Origin: an uncultured Mycoplasmatota bacterium
Lineage (GTDB): Bacteria; Bacillota_I; Bacilli_A; RF39; UBA660
Length of the DNA: 64,000 nucleotides
Assembly (NCBI GenBank): GCA_900549625.1
Contig: URPE01000003.1
Location: 23,107-87,106 of the forward strand
Direction: 5' to 3'
This document shows positions 1 to 10,345 of this stretch, piece after piece; the stretch's first letter is position 1, and each line of letters opens with the position of its first letter. The translations under genes and the position numbers were made by a program. The notes under the pieces are model-generated. The model did not search any database, was not told the DNA's origin, and was given only the letters and a program-made list of their open reading frames with translations.

Positions 1-58
1 GGTTTCAAAAACTAAATCATTGGCATCAGGGTTTAAAAGAAATCTTTCTATATCCATA
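1..58 (-). CDS. Hypothetical protein, 5' end only (gene runs off the left edge)
   Basis: ATG at 58 is preceded by the RBS AAGGGGTGA. The frame stays open to position 1 (MDIERFLLNPDANDLVFET...). Confidence 0.3.
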
Positions 59-78
59 TTTAATTATCACCCCTTAAA

Positions 79-1095
79 TTACATTTCTATTTCTAAATCT
101 TCTTCTACTTCTTTTTCAATATTTGGAGTTTCTTTGGAATATATTTCGTTTCTACCACTTGTTATAGAAGTGATTGTAGGAATTGAAAATGGACATCTCC
201 ATTGATTCTTATTAGCAATACTTGGATCATTTGCTTTAACAAAGTCTGATACTATTCCATATCCATTATTATAAGTTGAAGTTTCCATTTTACCACTTGC
301 TAAAGCACTTCTTAAATCATCAAGTTCATATTTAAATGTTAAGCTGTTTTCTCCATATTGAATTGTAATATTAACTGTCTTAGCATCTACATATTTAATT
401 GAATTAAGTATATTTTTACAACAATGAATATCATTATATGAATTATCTTTATTTTCTTTTAATTCTTCTAAATAACTTACTTTATCATGATAAATAAGCA
501 ATTCTAATCCATAACTTTGTCCATATCTTTCAATGAATTTTTTTGATATTTCCTCAACTGCTTTTTTAGGATTATTTAAATATGAAATTATATTGTTATC
601 ATAATCAATATCATAATTATTAATTGAAATTGTTAAATCTGCTGTTGGATTATCTTGAGTAATAAACATTTTATTTATTTCTTTTTTATATTCAAATATT
701 CTTGTATCATCTTTTGCTTCATACTTTTCCTGTGCTAATTTAGTTAATTCTTTTTCATGAGAAAAGCAATAATCATTTATATATTTTTTTACTGCATCTA
801 ATATTTTTTGATTTAAATTCTCAAATCTATCAAATTTTATAACATCACTTTCTTGAATTTTATCAGTTAAAAAATTCTCTGCATTATATATACAATGGTC
901 TTTGTTATCATAATAACCACACAAATTATAATAATTGCGATTTTGTCTTAAAGTATGATCATTTTCTTTAATATACAAAAGGTCAAATCTTTCATCATAA
1001 TGTTCTTTATGAAGTTTATACTCCTTTTGTTGATAATCAAAGACTTCATCATTAGCTTTCACATCTAATAAAAAGTTTTCTATTTTACTATACAT
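79..1095 (-). CDS. Hypothetical protein (conjugative-element accessory)
   Basis: 338-aa ORF packed in the minus-strand operon. No motif recognised. Confidence 0.5.
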   Translation of the reverse strand: MYSKIENFLLDVKANDEVFDYQQKEYKLHKEHYDERFDLLYIKENDHTLRQNRNYYNLCGYYDNKDHCIYNAENFLTDKIQESDVIKFDRFENLNQKILDAVKKYINDYCFSHEKELTKLAQEKYEAKDDTRIFEYKKEINKMFITQDNPTADLTISINNYDIDYDNNIISYLNNPKKAVEEISKKFIERYGQSYGLELLIYHDKVSYLEELKENKDNSYNDIHCCKNILNSIKYVDAKTVNITIQYGENSLTFKYELDDLRSALASGKMETSTYNNGYGIVSDFVKANDPSIANKNQWRCPFSIPTITSITSGRNEIYSKETPNIEKEVEEDLEIEM

Positions 1096-1116
1096 ATAAA
1101 TCTCCTTTCATTTAAA

Positions 1117-1698
1117 TTAATAATCCATCTCCATATCATCATTTTCCATTTCATAATCATCATTAGAATTTGAATTAAGTTGTTGTTCAGTATCCTGTTT
1201 TATACGATTTAATTCAATTGATTCTTGATTTTCAAGAAAATTAGATATTTCCATTGCTTCTGCTTGAATGTTAGGATCTGTGATTGCTCTATGATATTCA
1301 TTGGATATTTCTTGGTTGAAGAAATGAAATTCTTTTTTCTCAGTTCTTTGTTTGTCTTGAATATAATCATAAGTATGATTTATTGCAATTTGTTCTGATA
1401 ATCTTAAATCTTTTGGATTTAAATTGTTATCAATACATATTAAAGCTTGATAAAAAAGTTGTTCATTATCTTTCTTCAAAGCATTTAATTGTCCATACAT
1501 GATTGTTAAAAATTGTCTATTAACTGATTGACTAATAGCTCTTTCTACTTCTTGACCAAATTCTTTTTCAAAATGTGATGCAGGTACTTTGGTTGGCTGA
1601 TGTGTTTCAGGATTAGTATATTTAAAAACTATATCCTCAAGTGTTTTTGACATTTCTTTTGGTTTTTGTTGAATAAAATCATCATAAAATTTTCTCAT
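1117..1698 (-). CDS. Hypothetical protein with an acidic C-terminus
   Basis: 193-aa ORF with an RBS-like GGAGAAAG upstream. No motif recognised. Confidence 0.5.
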   Translation of the reverse strand: MRKFYDDFIQQKPKEMSKTLEDIVFKYTNPETHQPTKVPASHFEKEFGQEVERAISQSVNRQFLTIMYGQLNALKKDNEQLFYQALICIDNNLNPKDLRLSEQIAINHTYDYIQDKQRTEKKEFHFFNQEISNEYHRAITDPNIQAEAMEISNFLENQESIELNRIKQDTEQQLNSNSNDDYEMENDDMEMDY

Positions 1699-1715
1699 AT
1701 CTTTCTCCTTTTCTA

Positions 1716-2054
1716 TTAAATATTAATTTCTATATCATTTACTTCTTTATTATTTACTGACTTATTCTCTATTTGATGCTGTAAATTTTTATAATCTTCC
1801 ATTTCAATTAGTTCTAATAAATTTTGTGCTTTATCACCAGATAAACAAGTATATGGTGCATTAAATAAAAATCTATCTTGAATCATTTTTATAATCTCAT
1901 CTGTTGATTCTTTATTAGATACTTTTTCATCAAAATCTAATACACCACCATCCATGTTATGACCTTTTGAATTATAAATTGTATAATCGCATTTATATCC
2001 ATCATTAAAAATATGAAGAATATTATTTTCATTACTAATTATTAAAATATCCAT
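1716..2054 (-). CDS. Hypothetical protein
   Basis: 112-aa ORF. Its start abuts the stop of the upstream regulator gene. Confidence 0.45.
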   Translation of the reverse strand: MDILIISNENNILHIFNDGYKCDYTIYNSKGHNMDGGVLDFDEKVSNKESTDEIIKMIQDRFLFNAPYTCLSGDKAQNLLELIEMEDYKNLQHQIENKSVNNKEVNDIEINI

Positions 2055-2431
2055 TATTCATCCCTCCCAGATATTAAGGTTATAACAATTTCTATTGGTT
2101 CACATAATGGACAAGCATCACATTCTTCATCATTAATATCATCTTCTTCATCATCTAATAATGATTCCATTTCTGTTATATTATTCTCATTATTAATTTG
2201 ATTTGATGGAAGATAACCAGCTAAAACAAGTAAATGAATAAAATCTATTTTTAAAACTTCACACAATCTTATTAATGTAACTAAATTGTAGTTTTCTCTT
2301 TCACCATGTTCAATTCTTGATATTTCTGTATCACTAATTCCAACAATGGCTGCTAATTTTCTTTTGCTATATCCTAACATTATTCTTCTTTTTCTAAATA
2401 CTTCAGCAATAAAACCATAATTATTTTTCAT
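2054..2431 (-). CDS. XRE-family helix-turn-helix transcriptional regulator
   Basis: HTH_3 signature (GYSKRKLAAIVGISDTEISRIEHGERENYNLVTLIRLCEVL). The ATG at 2431 has an AAAGGA RBS, whereas the longer ORF start at 2470 has none. The palindrome at 2452-2469 lies just upstream. Confidence 0.75.
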   Translation of the reverse strand: MKNNYGFIAEVFRKRRIMLGYSKRKLAAIVGISDTEISRIEHGERENYNLVTLIRLCEVLKIDFIHLLVLAGYLPSNQINNENNITEMESLLDDEEDDINDEECDACPLCEPIEIVITLISGRDE

Positions 2432-2451
2432 AAATATTTTATCCTTTCTGT

Positions 2452-2469
2452 TGTCTACAATAGTAGACA
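2452..2469. promoter_or_regulatory. 18-bp palindrome TGTCTACAATAGTAGACA (operator or RNA hairpin), copy 1
   Basis: Perfect 7-bp arms with a 4-bp centre. On the transcribed strand it ends 4 nt before the RBS of the XRE gene. Confidence 0.6.
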
Positions 2470-2484
2470 TTTTGATTAAAAAAA

Positions 2485-2700
2485 TTATATTTCTATTTCT
2501 TCTTCTAAATTTTGTTCAACAGCATTTCTATCAAATAACCTATCTTCTAAAACATCTATATCAAAATCATATTGCATATTTGAAGTAATATATGAAATCA
2601 TCATTTCTTCCAAATCATTAGGATTTGAAATATCCATTCCTGATTCTAAAAATGTTTCCTTATTTTCCTCAAATAACTCTTTTATATACTCTTTATTCAT
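2485..2700 (-). CDS. Small acidic hypothetical protein
   Basis: 71-aa ORF with a 4-nt overlap with the upstream ORF. Confidence 0.4.
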   Translation of the reverse strand: MNKEYIKELFEENKETFLESGMDISNPNDLEEMMISYITSNMQYDFDIDVLEDRLFDRNAVEQNLEEEIEI

Positions 2701-2984
2701 TGTTCATCCTCCTTAAAAGAGCTTAAATATTTATCTTTTAATGTACCAAATATATTTATACAATTACTTCCTAATGATTGTTTATTATTATCATATTCAT
2801 TTAATAATTCTTGGCATCTCCACAACAACTTAAATTCCTCATCAGTTATTTCATAATTTCTTAAATCAACATAATTATCTGTTGGTGAATAATTATTTAA
2901 ATTATTATAAAAGTCATTTAACATTTTTTCATTTACTTTTTGAACTGCTTCTATATATTCTTTTTCTGTAAATATTTCTTTCAT
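2697..2984 (-). CDS. Hypothetical protein
   Basis: 95-aa ORF in the operon. No motif recognised. Confidence 0.4.
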   Translation of the reverse strand: MKEIFTEKEYIEAVQKVNEKMLNDFYNNLNNYSPTDNYVDLRNYEITDEEFKLLWRCQELLNEYDNNKQSLGSNCINIFGTLKDKYLSSFKEDEQ

Positions 2985-3001
2985 TAAAGCCCCTTTCTTT
3001 A

Positions 3002-3757
3002 TTAATTTGTTTCTAATTTCATTCCTAAATAGATACCATTTTCATCTTGTATTGGACTACACATTCCTGTTCTATTTATTTTTTTCAATTCTGTCGCACA
3101 CGCATCAGATACATTCAACATTGTATATCCATCTGAAAAAAGAAAATATTTTACTATTTTCTCTGAAGTATTATTATCATTTTTTGTAGTTTCCTCTTGC
3201 TTAGGAGTTTGAGAATTTTGTTCTTCTTTTTGAGATGGTTTAGATTCTGAATTTTTATTATCATAATCATTCTTAATTGAATTTGATTTATTTTCTGTTG
3301 AACCAGTTTTTGAATTATTAGTATCAACTTGTTCTTCTGTTTCCTTTATAATCACTTTCAATATAGCTTGACTTGTATTTCCAGCCTTATCACTAACGCT
3401 ATATATAATGGAATGCTCACCAACAATAGATGTATCTATCATTTCATATTGAACTTCTTCTATTAAATTCCCATCAATCTTATCTTCTACACTTTCAATA
3501 TAATCTTTGTAGTTTATATCATCCCCTTTCATTATCTCTATTTCTTTTATTTTTAATTTAATAATTGGAGCATCCTCATCTTTTATTACTACATCTTCTT
3601 TTGAATTTACCTTTGGTTCAGTAGATGAAGTATTATTAAAATGAAAATATAAAATCACACTAAAAATTAATATAAGAAGAAAAGTTATTCCACCAATTAT
3701 AATAAACCTCTTCTTTTTATATTTACGATACTTCAGTAATAATTCTTCATCACTCAT
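3002..3757 (-). CDS. Membrane-anchored protein with a bacterial Ig-like (DUF5011-type) domain
   Basis: N-terminal TM (FIIIGGITFLLILIFSVILYF). Ig-like segment APIIKL...GDDINYKDYIESVEDKIDGNL...GEHSIIYSVSDKAGN, paralogous to 3776-4198 and 49183-50208. Confidence 0.55.
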   Translation of the reverse strand: MSDEELLLKYRKYKKKRFIIIGGITFLLILIFSVILYFHFNNTSSTEPKVNSKEDVVIKDEDAPIIKLKIKEIEIMKGDDINYKDYIESVEDKIDGNLIEEVQYEMIDTSIVGEHSIIYSVSDKAGNTSQAILKVIIKETEEQVDTNNSKTGSTENKSNSIKNDYDNKNSESKPSQKEEQNSQTPKQEETTKNDNNTSEKIVKYFLFSDGYTMLNVSDACATELKKINRTGMCSPIQDENGIYLGMKLETN

Positions 3758-3775
3758 AATAATTTTCTCCCTTCG

Positions 3776-4198
3776 TTAATCTAAATATTTAAAGTTTGGT
3801 TTCTCTTTAATTATCACTTGAAGATCTATTTTTGTTGTATTTAATGCTTTATCACTAACCTCATAACTCACAACAAATTCTCCAATTTTATTTACATCTA
3901 ACTCATTATATTTTACTCTTTCTATTAAATTGCCTTCCAAATTATCTGATGCTTCTTTTATAAAAGATTTATAATTAATTGCATCTTCCTGATACATTAC
4001 CAATTTATCTTGAGTTAATATTAATATCGGAGCAACTTCATCTGATTTAAGCATTTCCTCATATTTTTCTTTTTCAAGTTCTTCTTGTTTTGCTATTTCC
4101 AATTTTCTTTGAATGACACTTTTGTTTAAAAATATTGGAATTGTAATACAAATAATAATTGTTAAAATCATTAAAAAAATCATTTTACCTTTTTTCAT
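3776..4198 (-). CDS. Membrane-anchored Ig-like (DUF5011-type) domain protein
   Basis: N-terminal TM followed by APILILTQDKL...INYKSFIKEASDNLEGNL...GEFVVSYEVSDKALN. Paralog of 3002-3757. Confidence 0.55.
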   Translation of the reverse strand: MKKGKMIFLMILTIIICITIPIFLNKSVIQRKLEIAKQEELEKEKYEEMLKSDEVAPILILTQDKLVMYQEDAINYKSFIKEASDNLEGNLIERVKYNELDVNKIGEFVVSYEVSDKALNTTKIDLQVIIKEKPNFKYLD

Positions 4199-6123
4199 TT
4201 ATTCTCCTTTTCATTATCTAAATATATAAATCCAACCACTGTTAAGCCACTACTTTTATTTGCTCTTCTATAAGCGTCATAAGAACTATAAGTTTTTGTT
4301 CTAACCAATTCTTCAGCATGATTATTAGCATATTCTACTTGACTGCATGAATTATCATTACTACAAGCGTTTCCAACATTGCCTTCACTAATTGTTATTG
4401 ATTTACCATCATACGCTTCAACATAAGCTACATGACCAAATTTGCGTCCCATTAATACGACAACAGAATTGGCTGAAGGTTGTGTTCCAGTCTTATAACC
4501 CATAGTAATAGCAGATGTAAGCCAAGTTTGTGCATTTCCTGTTGGCATCTTTTTACCAGAAGTTTCAAGAGTTCTACCAAAAGCATACCAAGTACACTGA
4601 CCTTTATATCCAGCAATTGTTAATGCATTTTTTGAATTATAATTATCACTTTTTAAATCTGCTGAAATTTCATTTTTACCATATACAGGAGTATGAGTTA
4701 TGAAGTTATTTCCAAGTAACTCAGCAAAGTCATCAGATTGATATAATAAAGATAACATTTCTTTTTGGTCATCTGAAAACGACTTATCAGATCCATCTGT
4801 TACTTTCTTTTTTTTATTAAAGTCTGCTACTTTTGAATAATTATTATTTAACCACTCTAAATAATCTTCATAAACACCGTTTGTAATTACCAAGACTGGG
4901 ATTGATGAGGAAGATGATTGACCATATTGTAAATCTTGAGATGGCGAATTTAATGATGGTGCAGATGGATTAGGTGTAGTCGAGTTATTATTTTCTACTT
5001 CTTGATACACAACTTCATGTTTTTCAAATAATCCAGCATTTTTAAATGTATCTAGTAATGCTTTCTCATCTGAATCAAAACTTAATTCAGCACCTGTTGA
5101 CTGCATAATAGCAAGAGGTATACGCCAATCTATTTGACCATAATCACCATTTACACCAACAACAATTCCATTAGGATTAAGTCTTTTCCAAGTATCAACC
5201 TGTGTATTGTATTCACTTTGCACAGATGCCATATATGATGAATAATCAGTTATTGACTTATCGCCTGATGAACTACTACCAAATATACAACATGCACCAA
5301 TTACAATAATCATTGCTAAACCAATAATTACTGCAAATAAAGAAGAAGATGTGAATAGCGATAATAATAGTTTTAAAATTTTAACTAAAACTGTTTTTGC
5401 AATTTGAGCAAGTTTTTTGCCAATTGTCTGACTAAACTTTCTTTGAATTTTTTTTCCACCTTTTTTGGCGATTTTATAACTTGTAGTTTTTACTTTACGA
5501 CCAATTTTATCATTTATATACTCAGTCCCAGTTCCATCACTACTCATCATCTTATTTAATTCTCTGGATACTTTTGTAACATTTTTTCTGGTCTTTGAAA
5601 TTTTATTTCCTGTCTTTCCTATAACGGTAAATGTTTTAGATACCTTGCCTTGATTATCATTAAATTTAAAAGTTTTTTGTGTAGCTTTTGAAACGGAAGT
5701 TTTTAATTTACTGAATCTAGAAATAGACTCAGCCTTGCCTTCTTTTTTATCTCCAGAAGTATTAGCCTCCACATCTTCATTATTGACATTAGTTTTTATC
5801 CTACTAGTTGTTTCATTTTGAGAATTAATCTCATTTGAATTATTGACATTAGTTTTCATTCTACTAGTTGTTTCATCTTGATCATTTATCTTACTTGAAT
5901 CTTCATTTTCTTGTATTCCTTCAGAAGTTTGTAATTGTGAATTGCTTTCTTCTTTTTTTCGATTTTCCTCTTCTTGAAATTTAAGCCTTCGTTCTTCTTT
6001 AACATCAGATATTTTTCTGGCAGATTTATCTACTAAATCAAATGTTTTAGATGATGCAGAAGAAGAAACAATTGATAATCTATCAATCGACTTCTTCGTA
6101 TCTCTCTCTGCATTATTATTCAT
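4195..6123 (-). CDS. Conjugation-associated cell-wall hydrolase with a C-terminal CHAP domain (VirB1/PrgK analogue)
   Basis: Central TM. C-terminal CHAP motifs GQCTWYAFGR ... GHVAYVEAYDG. Located directly downstream of VirB4. Confidence 0.8.
   Translation of the reverse strand: MNNNAERDTKKSIDRLSIVSSSASSKTFDLVDKSARKISDVKEERRLKFQEEENRKKEESNSQLQTSEGIQENEDSSKINDQDETTSRMKTNVNNSNEINSQNETTSRIKTNVNNEDVEANTSGDKKEGKAESISRFSKLKTSVSKATQKTFKFNDNQGKVSKTFTVIGKTGNKISKTRKNVTKVSRELNKMMSSDGTGTEYINDKIGRKVKTTSYKIAKKGGKKIQRKFSQTIGKKLAQIAKTVLVKILKLLLSLFTSSSLFAVIIGLAMIIVIGACCIFGSSSSGDKSITDYSSYMASVQSEYNTQVDTWKRLNPNGIVVGVNGDYGQIDWRIPLAIMQSTGAELSFDSDEKALLDTFKNAGLFEKHEVVYQEVENNNSTTPNPSAPSLNSPSQDLQYGQSSSSSIPVLVITNGVYEDYLEWLNNNYSKVADFNKKKKVTDGSDKSFSDDQKEMLSLLYQSDDFAELLGNNFITHTPVYGKNEISADLKSDNYNSKNALTIAGYKGQCTWYAFGRTLETSGKKMPTGNAQTWLTSAITMGYKTGTQPSANSVVVLMGRKFGHVAYVEAYDGKSITISEGNVGNACSNDNSCSQVEYANNHAEELVRTKTYSSYDAYRRANKSSGLTVVGFIYLDNEKENK
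5779..5880. repeat. Two copies of a ~42-bp imperfect direct repeat with a 60-bp period, inside the hydrolase gene
   Basis: attattgacattagttttTatCctactagttgtttcatTttg at 5779-5820 and again at 5839-5880. Encodes ETTSR(M/I)KTNVNN twice. Confidence 0.7.
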
Positions 6124-6124
6124 A

Positions 6125-8560
6125 TTACCTCGCTTGTACTATATTATCAGTATTATTTACTTGATATATTAAATAGTCTTTAGGAACTTTATTAGTAAAT
6201 GGAATTACATCAGAACCAAAAACAACTAACCCCTGCCCTGTTGGTGCATCACCTTGAATATACATTGATTCTTCTTGACTAATGTTAAAAATACTACATA
6301 TATCTGGCAGATCTAATGTCTTTTGTTTTAATATTAAAGCAAATTCTGAGTTAGACAAAATATCTCTACCAGCTTCAGATCTTAATAAATGAGCAATTTG
6401 CTGTGATATTACAGTATTTAAAGCATTTAGTTTTCTTCCAGTTTTATAAAAGTTGGCAACATACTGAGCAGAATACGGATTAGAAAGTAAGATATGAAAT
6501 TCATCAATAAATATCCATGTATATTTTCCCATTTCTTTATTTCTAGCTAATCTATTCTGAATATGGTCTAAAACAACTAAATATCCTGTTGTTTGTAATG
6601 ACGCAGATAATTTGCTTATATCAAATGACACAAGACGGTTTTGAATATCTATATTTGTTTTTTTAGAAAATAAATCCATTGACCCTTTGACATATCTTTC
6701 AATAATAAGAGCCAAATCCTTTGCTTCGGCTTCAGGTTGTTGTAAAAGCATATTATAAAAATCTGGCAAAGTTGGAAGTAAACTTTCATCCTCAAAATTG
6801 CTTTTTTCATAATCTTCAAAAATAATTTTAGTGCACCTGTCAATTATAGTTTTCTGACCACCAGTTAGTGCATTAGCACCTACTATACTTTCTAGGAATG
6901 CAATTATATACTCTACCTTACTTTTAACTGGTTCACTCTTGCCATTATCAGTACAACCATAATTTAACGATAAATCAAAAGGATTTATATGTGTATTTGA
7001 AGTTGTTGATATAAAAATCTTTTGCCCATTAAACACTTTCAATAAATTAGAATATTCATCTTGAGGTTCTATAATACAAACATCATCTGAAGGATAACGA
7101 ATTAATATTTGCTCTATTAATGTTTTTACATTGAAAGATTTACCTGCCCCTGATGTTGCCAAAACACATCCATTTCCATTAATTAGCTGTTTTCTATCAC
7201 AAAAAATTGCATTTTTACTAACAAGATTTACACCATAAAATAAAGACTTATCATGATTAAAGTCTTTACTATTAAATGGAACATTAACAGCTGTTGCTTC
7301 ACTTGTTAAAGTTCTTTGAAATTGTAATGAATTATGCCCTAAGGGAAGAATGTTCTGTAAACCTTCTAATTGTTGCCATAATAAAGGTTTCATTTCTACT
7401 AACATTTCAGCTGCAACTTCCTGTACCTTTACAGTTTGATCTTCTAATTCTTCAAATGAATTAGCTGAAATACAAACTAAGAAATTGTTTTTAAATATCT
7501 TTTGATTATTTTTTTGAAGATCATATTGTAATTGTTCTGCATTTGAAATCCTTGTTTCTAATTTTTTATCTTTGACCCATTCATAATCCAAATTACTCTT
7601 ACCTGCTCTTTTGATTTTTTCAAGTCTTTCAGTTTCCATTGCTGATAAACTTTTATCAACCTGTTTAATCATTTTTGCAGAATTAGTTGGACTTATATTC
7701 AATGTGGTTATTAAATTAATTTCTTCTAATGTAGTTAACCGATTGTAAAATCTTGGAGTTATACTTTTAGGAAGTTTTGATACATATAAAACCCTTAGAA
7801 ATTTTTTATCATCAATTTCAATAAAATCTGATTCTCGCATAGAAATCTTTTTAGGTGCAATAACATCAAAAATAGACATATTATTTTCTTTAGCATAAGT
7901 AATAATATTTTCTATTCCTCTTGTTTCTAAAGATTCTACATTAAAAAAATTGTATAAAAACTTTAGTCTTTCCTTAATACTAACTAATGTTATTTTAGAC
8001 TTTAATTCTTTAAATTTTTGCTCAGTTTTGATAAACATGTTTAGAAATAAAGCGTTGGCTTCAAGAAAATTTCTTGCTTTTAGTGATATTACAACAAATC
8101 TTTTAGTTTGCAAAGTTTCTTCATTAGATCCGAGAGAATTAGTAATTATTGTATTTAATTCTTCAGCTATTTGTAACTGATTTGAATCTTCTATACTATC
8201 AGTATCAAATATAAATCTTTCTTTATATTTTTCCGTTTTTATTGGTGTCCCAGCATTGATAACGGAAATATGATTATCTTCTCTAAACGAATGTAAGTAT
8301 TCTAACCATTTAAAGAATATATTTTCTGCTTCTTCATCATTAGCTTTAGCAAATGATACATCAGTATATTCTATACAAATTGAATATTCTTCATCATTTA
8401 TTTTAAATATATTTGTTTTTTCATCAACATCTTTAAACATATACGATATTACTTCTTGACTTGTTTTAGGTATAAAAACTCTAGGAATAAAACTACGCTT
8501 CCTCTTTGTTTGTTGTCGTAGTTTCTTTTGTTTCATTAATTTGTTTTTCCCCCTTTCCAA
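6125..8560 (-). CDS. VirB4-like conjugal transfer ATPase
   Basis: 811 aa with Walker A (ATSGAGKSF) and Walker B-like (WIFIDEFH). Sits between the PrgI-like gene and the hydrolase, as in Firmicutes T4SS operons. Confidence 0.85.
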   Translation of the reverse strand: MERGKNKLMKQKKLRQQTKRKRSFIPRVFIPKTSQEVISYMFKDVDEKTNIFKINDEEYSICIEYTDVSFAKANDEEAENIFFKWLEYLHSFREDNHISVINAGTPIKTEKYKERFIFDTDSIEDSNQLQIAEELNTIITNSLGSNEETLQTKRFVVISLKARNFLEANALFLNMFIKTEQKFKELKSKITLVSIKERLKFLYNFFNVESLETRGIENIITYAKENNMSIFDVIAPKKISMRESDFIEIDDKKFLRVLYVSKLPKSITPRFYNRLTTLEEINLITTLNISPTNSAKMIKQVDKSLSAMETERLEKIKRAGKSNLDYEWVKDKKLETRISNAEQLQYDLQKNNQKIFKNNFLVCISANSFEELEDQTVKVQEVAAEMLVEMKPLLWQQLEGLQNILPLGHNSLQFQRTLTSEATAVNVPFNSKDFNHDKSLFYGVNLVSKNAIFCDRKQLINGNGCVLATSGAGKSFNVKTLIEQILIRYPSDDVCIIEPQDEYSNLLKVFNGQKIFISTTSNTHINPFDLSLNYGCTDNGKSEPVKSKVEYIIAFLESIVGANALTGGQKTIIDRCTKIIFEDYEKSNFEDESLLPTLPDFYNMLLQQPEAEAKDLALIIERYVKGSMDLFSKKTNIDIQNRLVSFDISKLSASLQTTGYLVVLDHIQNRLARNKEMGKYTWIFIDEFHILLSNPYSAQYVANFYKTGRKLNALNTVISQQIAHLLRSEAGRDILSNSEFALILKQKTLDLPDICSIFNISQEESMYIQGDAPTGQGLVVFGSDVIPFTNKVPKDYLIYQVNNTDNIVQAR

Positions 8561-9113
8561 CTACCTGTTTTGCAAGTTTAAGCAATACTTGTGCCTCTTC
8601 TTGACTTAATGAAAAATTACTTTGGGTATTTTCTAAATTATTAATTCCAAATTTTTTCTTAGCACGAGCAATTTCTCTTTGCTTTTTTCGCTCTTTTTGT
8701 AATTCTTTTTGCTTTTGCTTTTCTAGTTTCTGAATATTTTTTTGTTCTTTTTTACTTACATTATTAGCTACTGTTTTTTTATTCTTACCATACTTTTCTT
8801 GAATAATTTCCTCTTCTGTTTTGTAAAGAATAGGTTTTGCAAAGTTAATGTAATTTCTTTTCCAATAAAACATTATTCTTTCAGCGTTAAGTCCTTGAAT
8901 CGGAATAAATCCAACAAAACCAATAGGAATTGCAATCAATATAACAATCCATCCTGCCGTATTGCTTCCTATTTTTGGAGATAAAAAAAGATATAAAGGT
9001 ACAGTAGTTATAAGAATAAGAATGCCAAATATCCATTGTCTTAATGTAAAATTATAAAATTTTTCTTTATAATCTTTTATTTCATCATGAATTCTAGGTT
9101 CTATTCTATCCAT
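8493..9113 (-). CDS. PrgI/VirB3-like membrane protein
   Basis: N-terminus (KDYKEKFYNFTLRQWIFGILILITTVPLYLF) followed by a second TM. Lies immediately upstream of VirB4. Confidence 0.6.
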   Translation of the reverse strand: MDRIEPRIHDEIKDYKEKFYNFTLRQWIFGILILITTVPLYLFLSPKIGSNTAGWIVILIAIPIGFVGFIPIQGLNAERIMFYWKRNYINFAKPILYKTEEEIIQEKYGKNKKTVANNVSKKEQKNIQKLEKQKQKELQKERKKQREIARAKKKFGINNLENTQSNFSLSQEEAQVLLKLAKQVVGKGEKQINETKETTTTNKEEA

Positions 9114-9114
9114 C

Positions 9115-9933
9115 TTATCCTCCTGTCCACTTTTCAGCCATATTGCTTGTCATTGAAATCATAGCCATCAAAAAGCCATTTAAGAACATAATAGCAATCA
9201 TTGAACTTATTGAACTTGCATCAGATAAAGTTGATAGTGAAAGCGAATAAATTGCTGTTGCAACAACTATCATTGATGCCTCAATTCCTAAAGCAATAGT
9301 TGACATTATAAATCGTTTACAAACATTTTGTCCGTCTTCCCAAGTACCAATTGCTATTGGTATCGGAGAAAAAGCAAAACTTAATATTAATTTACCTATT
9401 CGTAAAAACACTTGAACAAGAACACCGATCATTGTTCCCATAAATGGAATATATAAAATTAAAATGATAATTCCCATAAAACTACGGTCAATTATTCCTC
9501 CAGCATTTCGTACTAAATCTCCCATTTGAGTTGATAAATTAGGTAATGTACCTGTTGAGGATATTGTAGCAGTAACTTTTGTTAATATATCATTTGTTAT
9601 AGTCATAATAGATGATAACAATTCAAATGAATTTTCAATCAACATTTTAAAAATAAGGAAGCGAATACATGTAAAAACGATTCGCTCCCAACTCATTCTC
9701 TCATAATCCATTACTTTTTTTGTTATATCTATCAAGAAAAACAAAGTTAATAAACTCAGTCCAATTGGTACAATAATTGTATGTATCTTTGTTGCTAGAG
9801 TCCATATTGTCGTTTTACTTATAGTATTCCAATTACAAAGACTACGAACAGTTCCTACAAAATCACTTATATCTATTTTAAACCCTAATATTTTGAAGGA
9901 TATTTTAAATAGATTTTCAATTAATTTAGCCAT
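9115..9933 (-). CDS. Polytopic membrane protein, VirB6/TrbL-like T4SS channel component
   Basis: 272 aa with at least 5 predicted TM segments. Position between the pilin-like gene and the PrgI-like gene. Confidence 0.55.
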   Translation of the reverse strand: MAKLIENLFKISFKILGFKIDISDFVGTVRSLCNWNTISKTTIWTLATKIHTIIVPIGLSLLTLFFLIDITKKVMDYERMSWERIVFTCIRFLIFKMLIENSFELLSSIMTITNDILTKVTATISSTGTLPNLSTQMGDLVRNAGGIIDRSFMGIIILILYIPFMGTMIGVLVQVFLRIGKLILSFAFSPIPIAIGTWEDGQNVCKRFIMSTIALGIEASMIVVATAIYSLSLSTLSDASSISSMIAIMFLNGFLMAMISMTSNMAEKWTGG

Positions 9934-9957
9934 TCGTATCCTCCCTTATTTTAAATC

Positions 9958-10284
9958 TTATAGACCAAATAATCCTTTTGATTGACTAATAGCTATTACC
10001 ATAAATCCTGCCATCATAGTCATTAATCCTCTGGACTTTCCTTCTGCATCATCCCTTTGCCATCCTAATGCAAACATTACTGCACCAATTAAAGCAACTA
10101 CACCACCAATTTTTAGTAACCAATCACAAACAAAACTAATAAAACCATCTATACTACTTGTGTTACTACCAGCAGCATATACACTACTGGTACTTAAGAT
10201 CAAACTACAAACTATTACATTTAAACTACTAACTGTTTTCTTTACTGCTTTTTTTACTTTTAATAAGATATTATTATTTTTCAT
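9958..10284 (-). CDS. Small two-TM secreted/membrane protein (VirB2/Maff2-like pilin candidate)
   Basis: 108 aa. Signal-like N-terminus ending in VYAAG and a C-terminal hydrophobic hairpin. First gene after the palindrome at 10307-10324. Confidence 0.45.
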   Translation of the reverse strand: MKNNNILLKVKKAVKKTVSSLNVIVCSLILSTSSVYAAGSNTSSIDGFISFVCDWLLKIGGVVALIGAVMFALGWQRDDAEGKSRGLMTMMAGFMVIAISQSKGLFGL

Positions 10285-10306
10285 TGTTTTCTCCTTTTCT
10301 TTATTA

Positions 10307-10324
10307 TGTCTACAATAGTAGACA
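10307..10324. promoter_or_regulatory. 18-bp palindrome, copy 2
   Basis: Identical sequence, between the T4CP stop (10346) and the RBS of the pilin-like gene (start 10284). Confidence 0.6.
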
Positions 10325-10345
10325 ATTAAATTAAAAAAAATAAAA

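Noticed and set aside
6649-6843. A 64-aa minus-strand ORF in another frame inside the VirB4 gene.
   Set aside because: It is fully embedded in a well-supported 811-aa gene, with no RBS and no motif.
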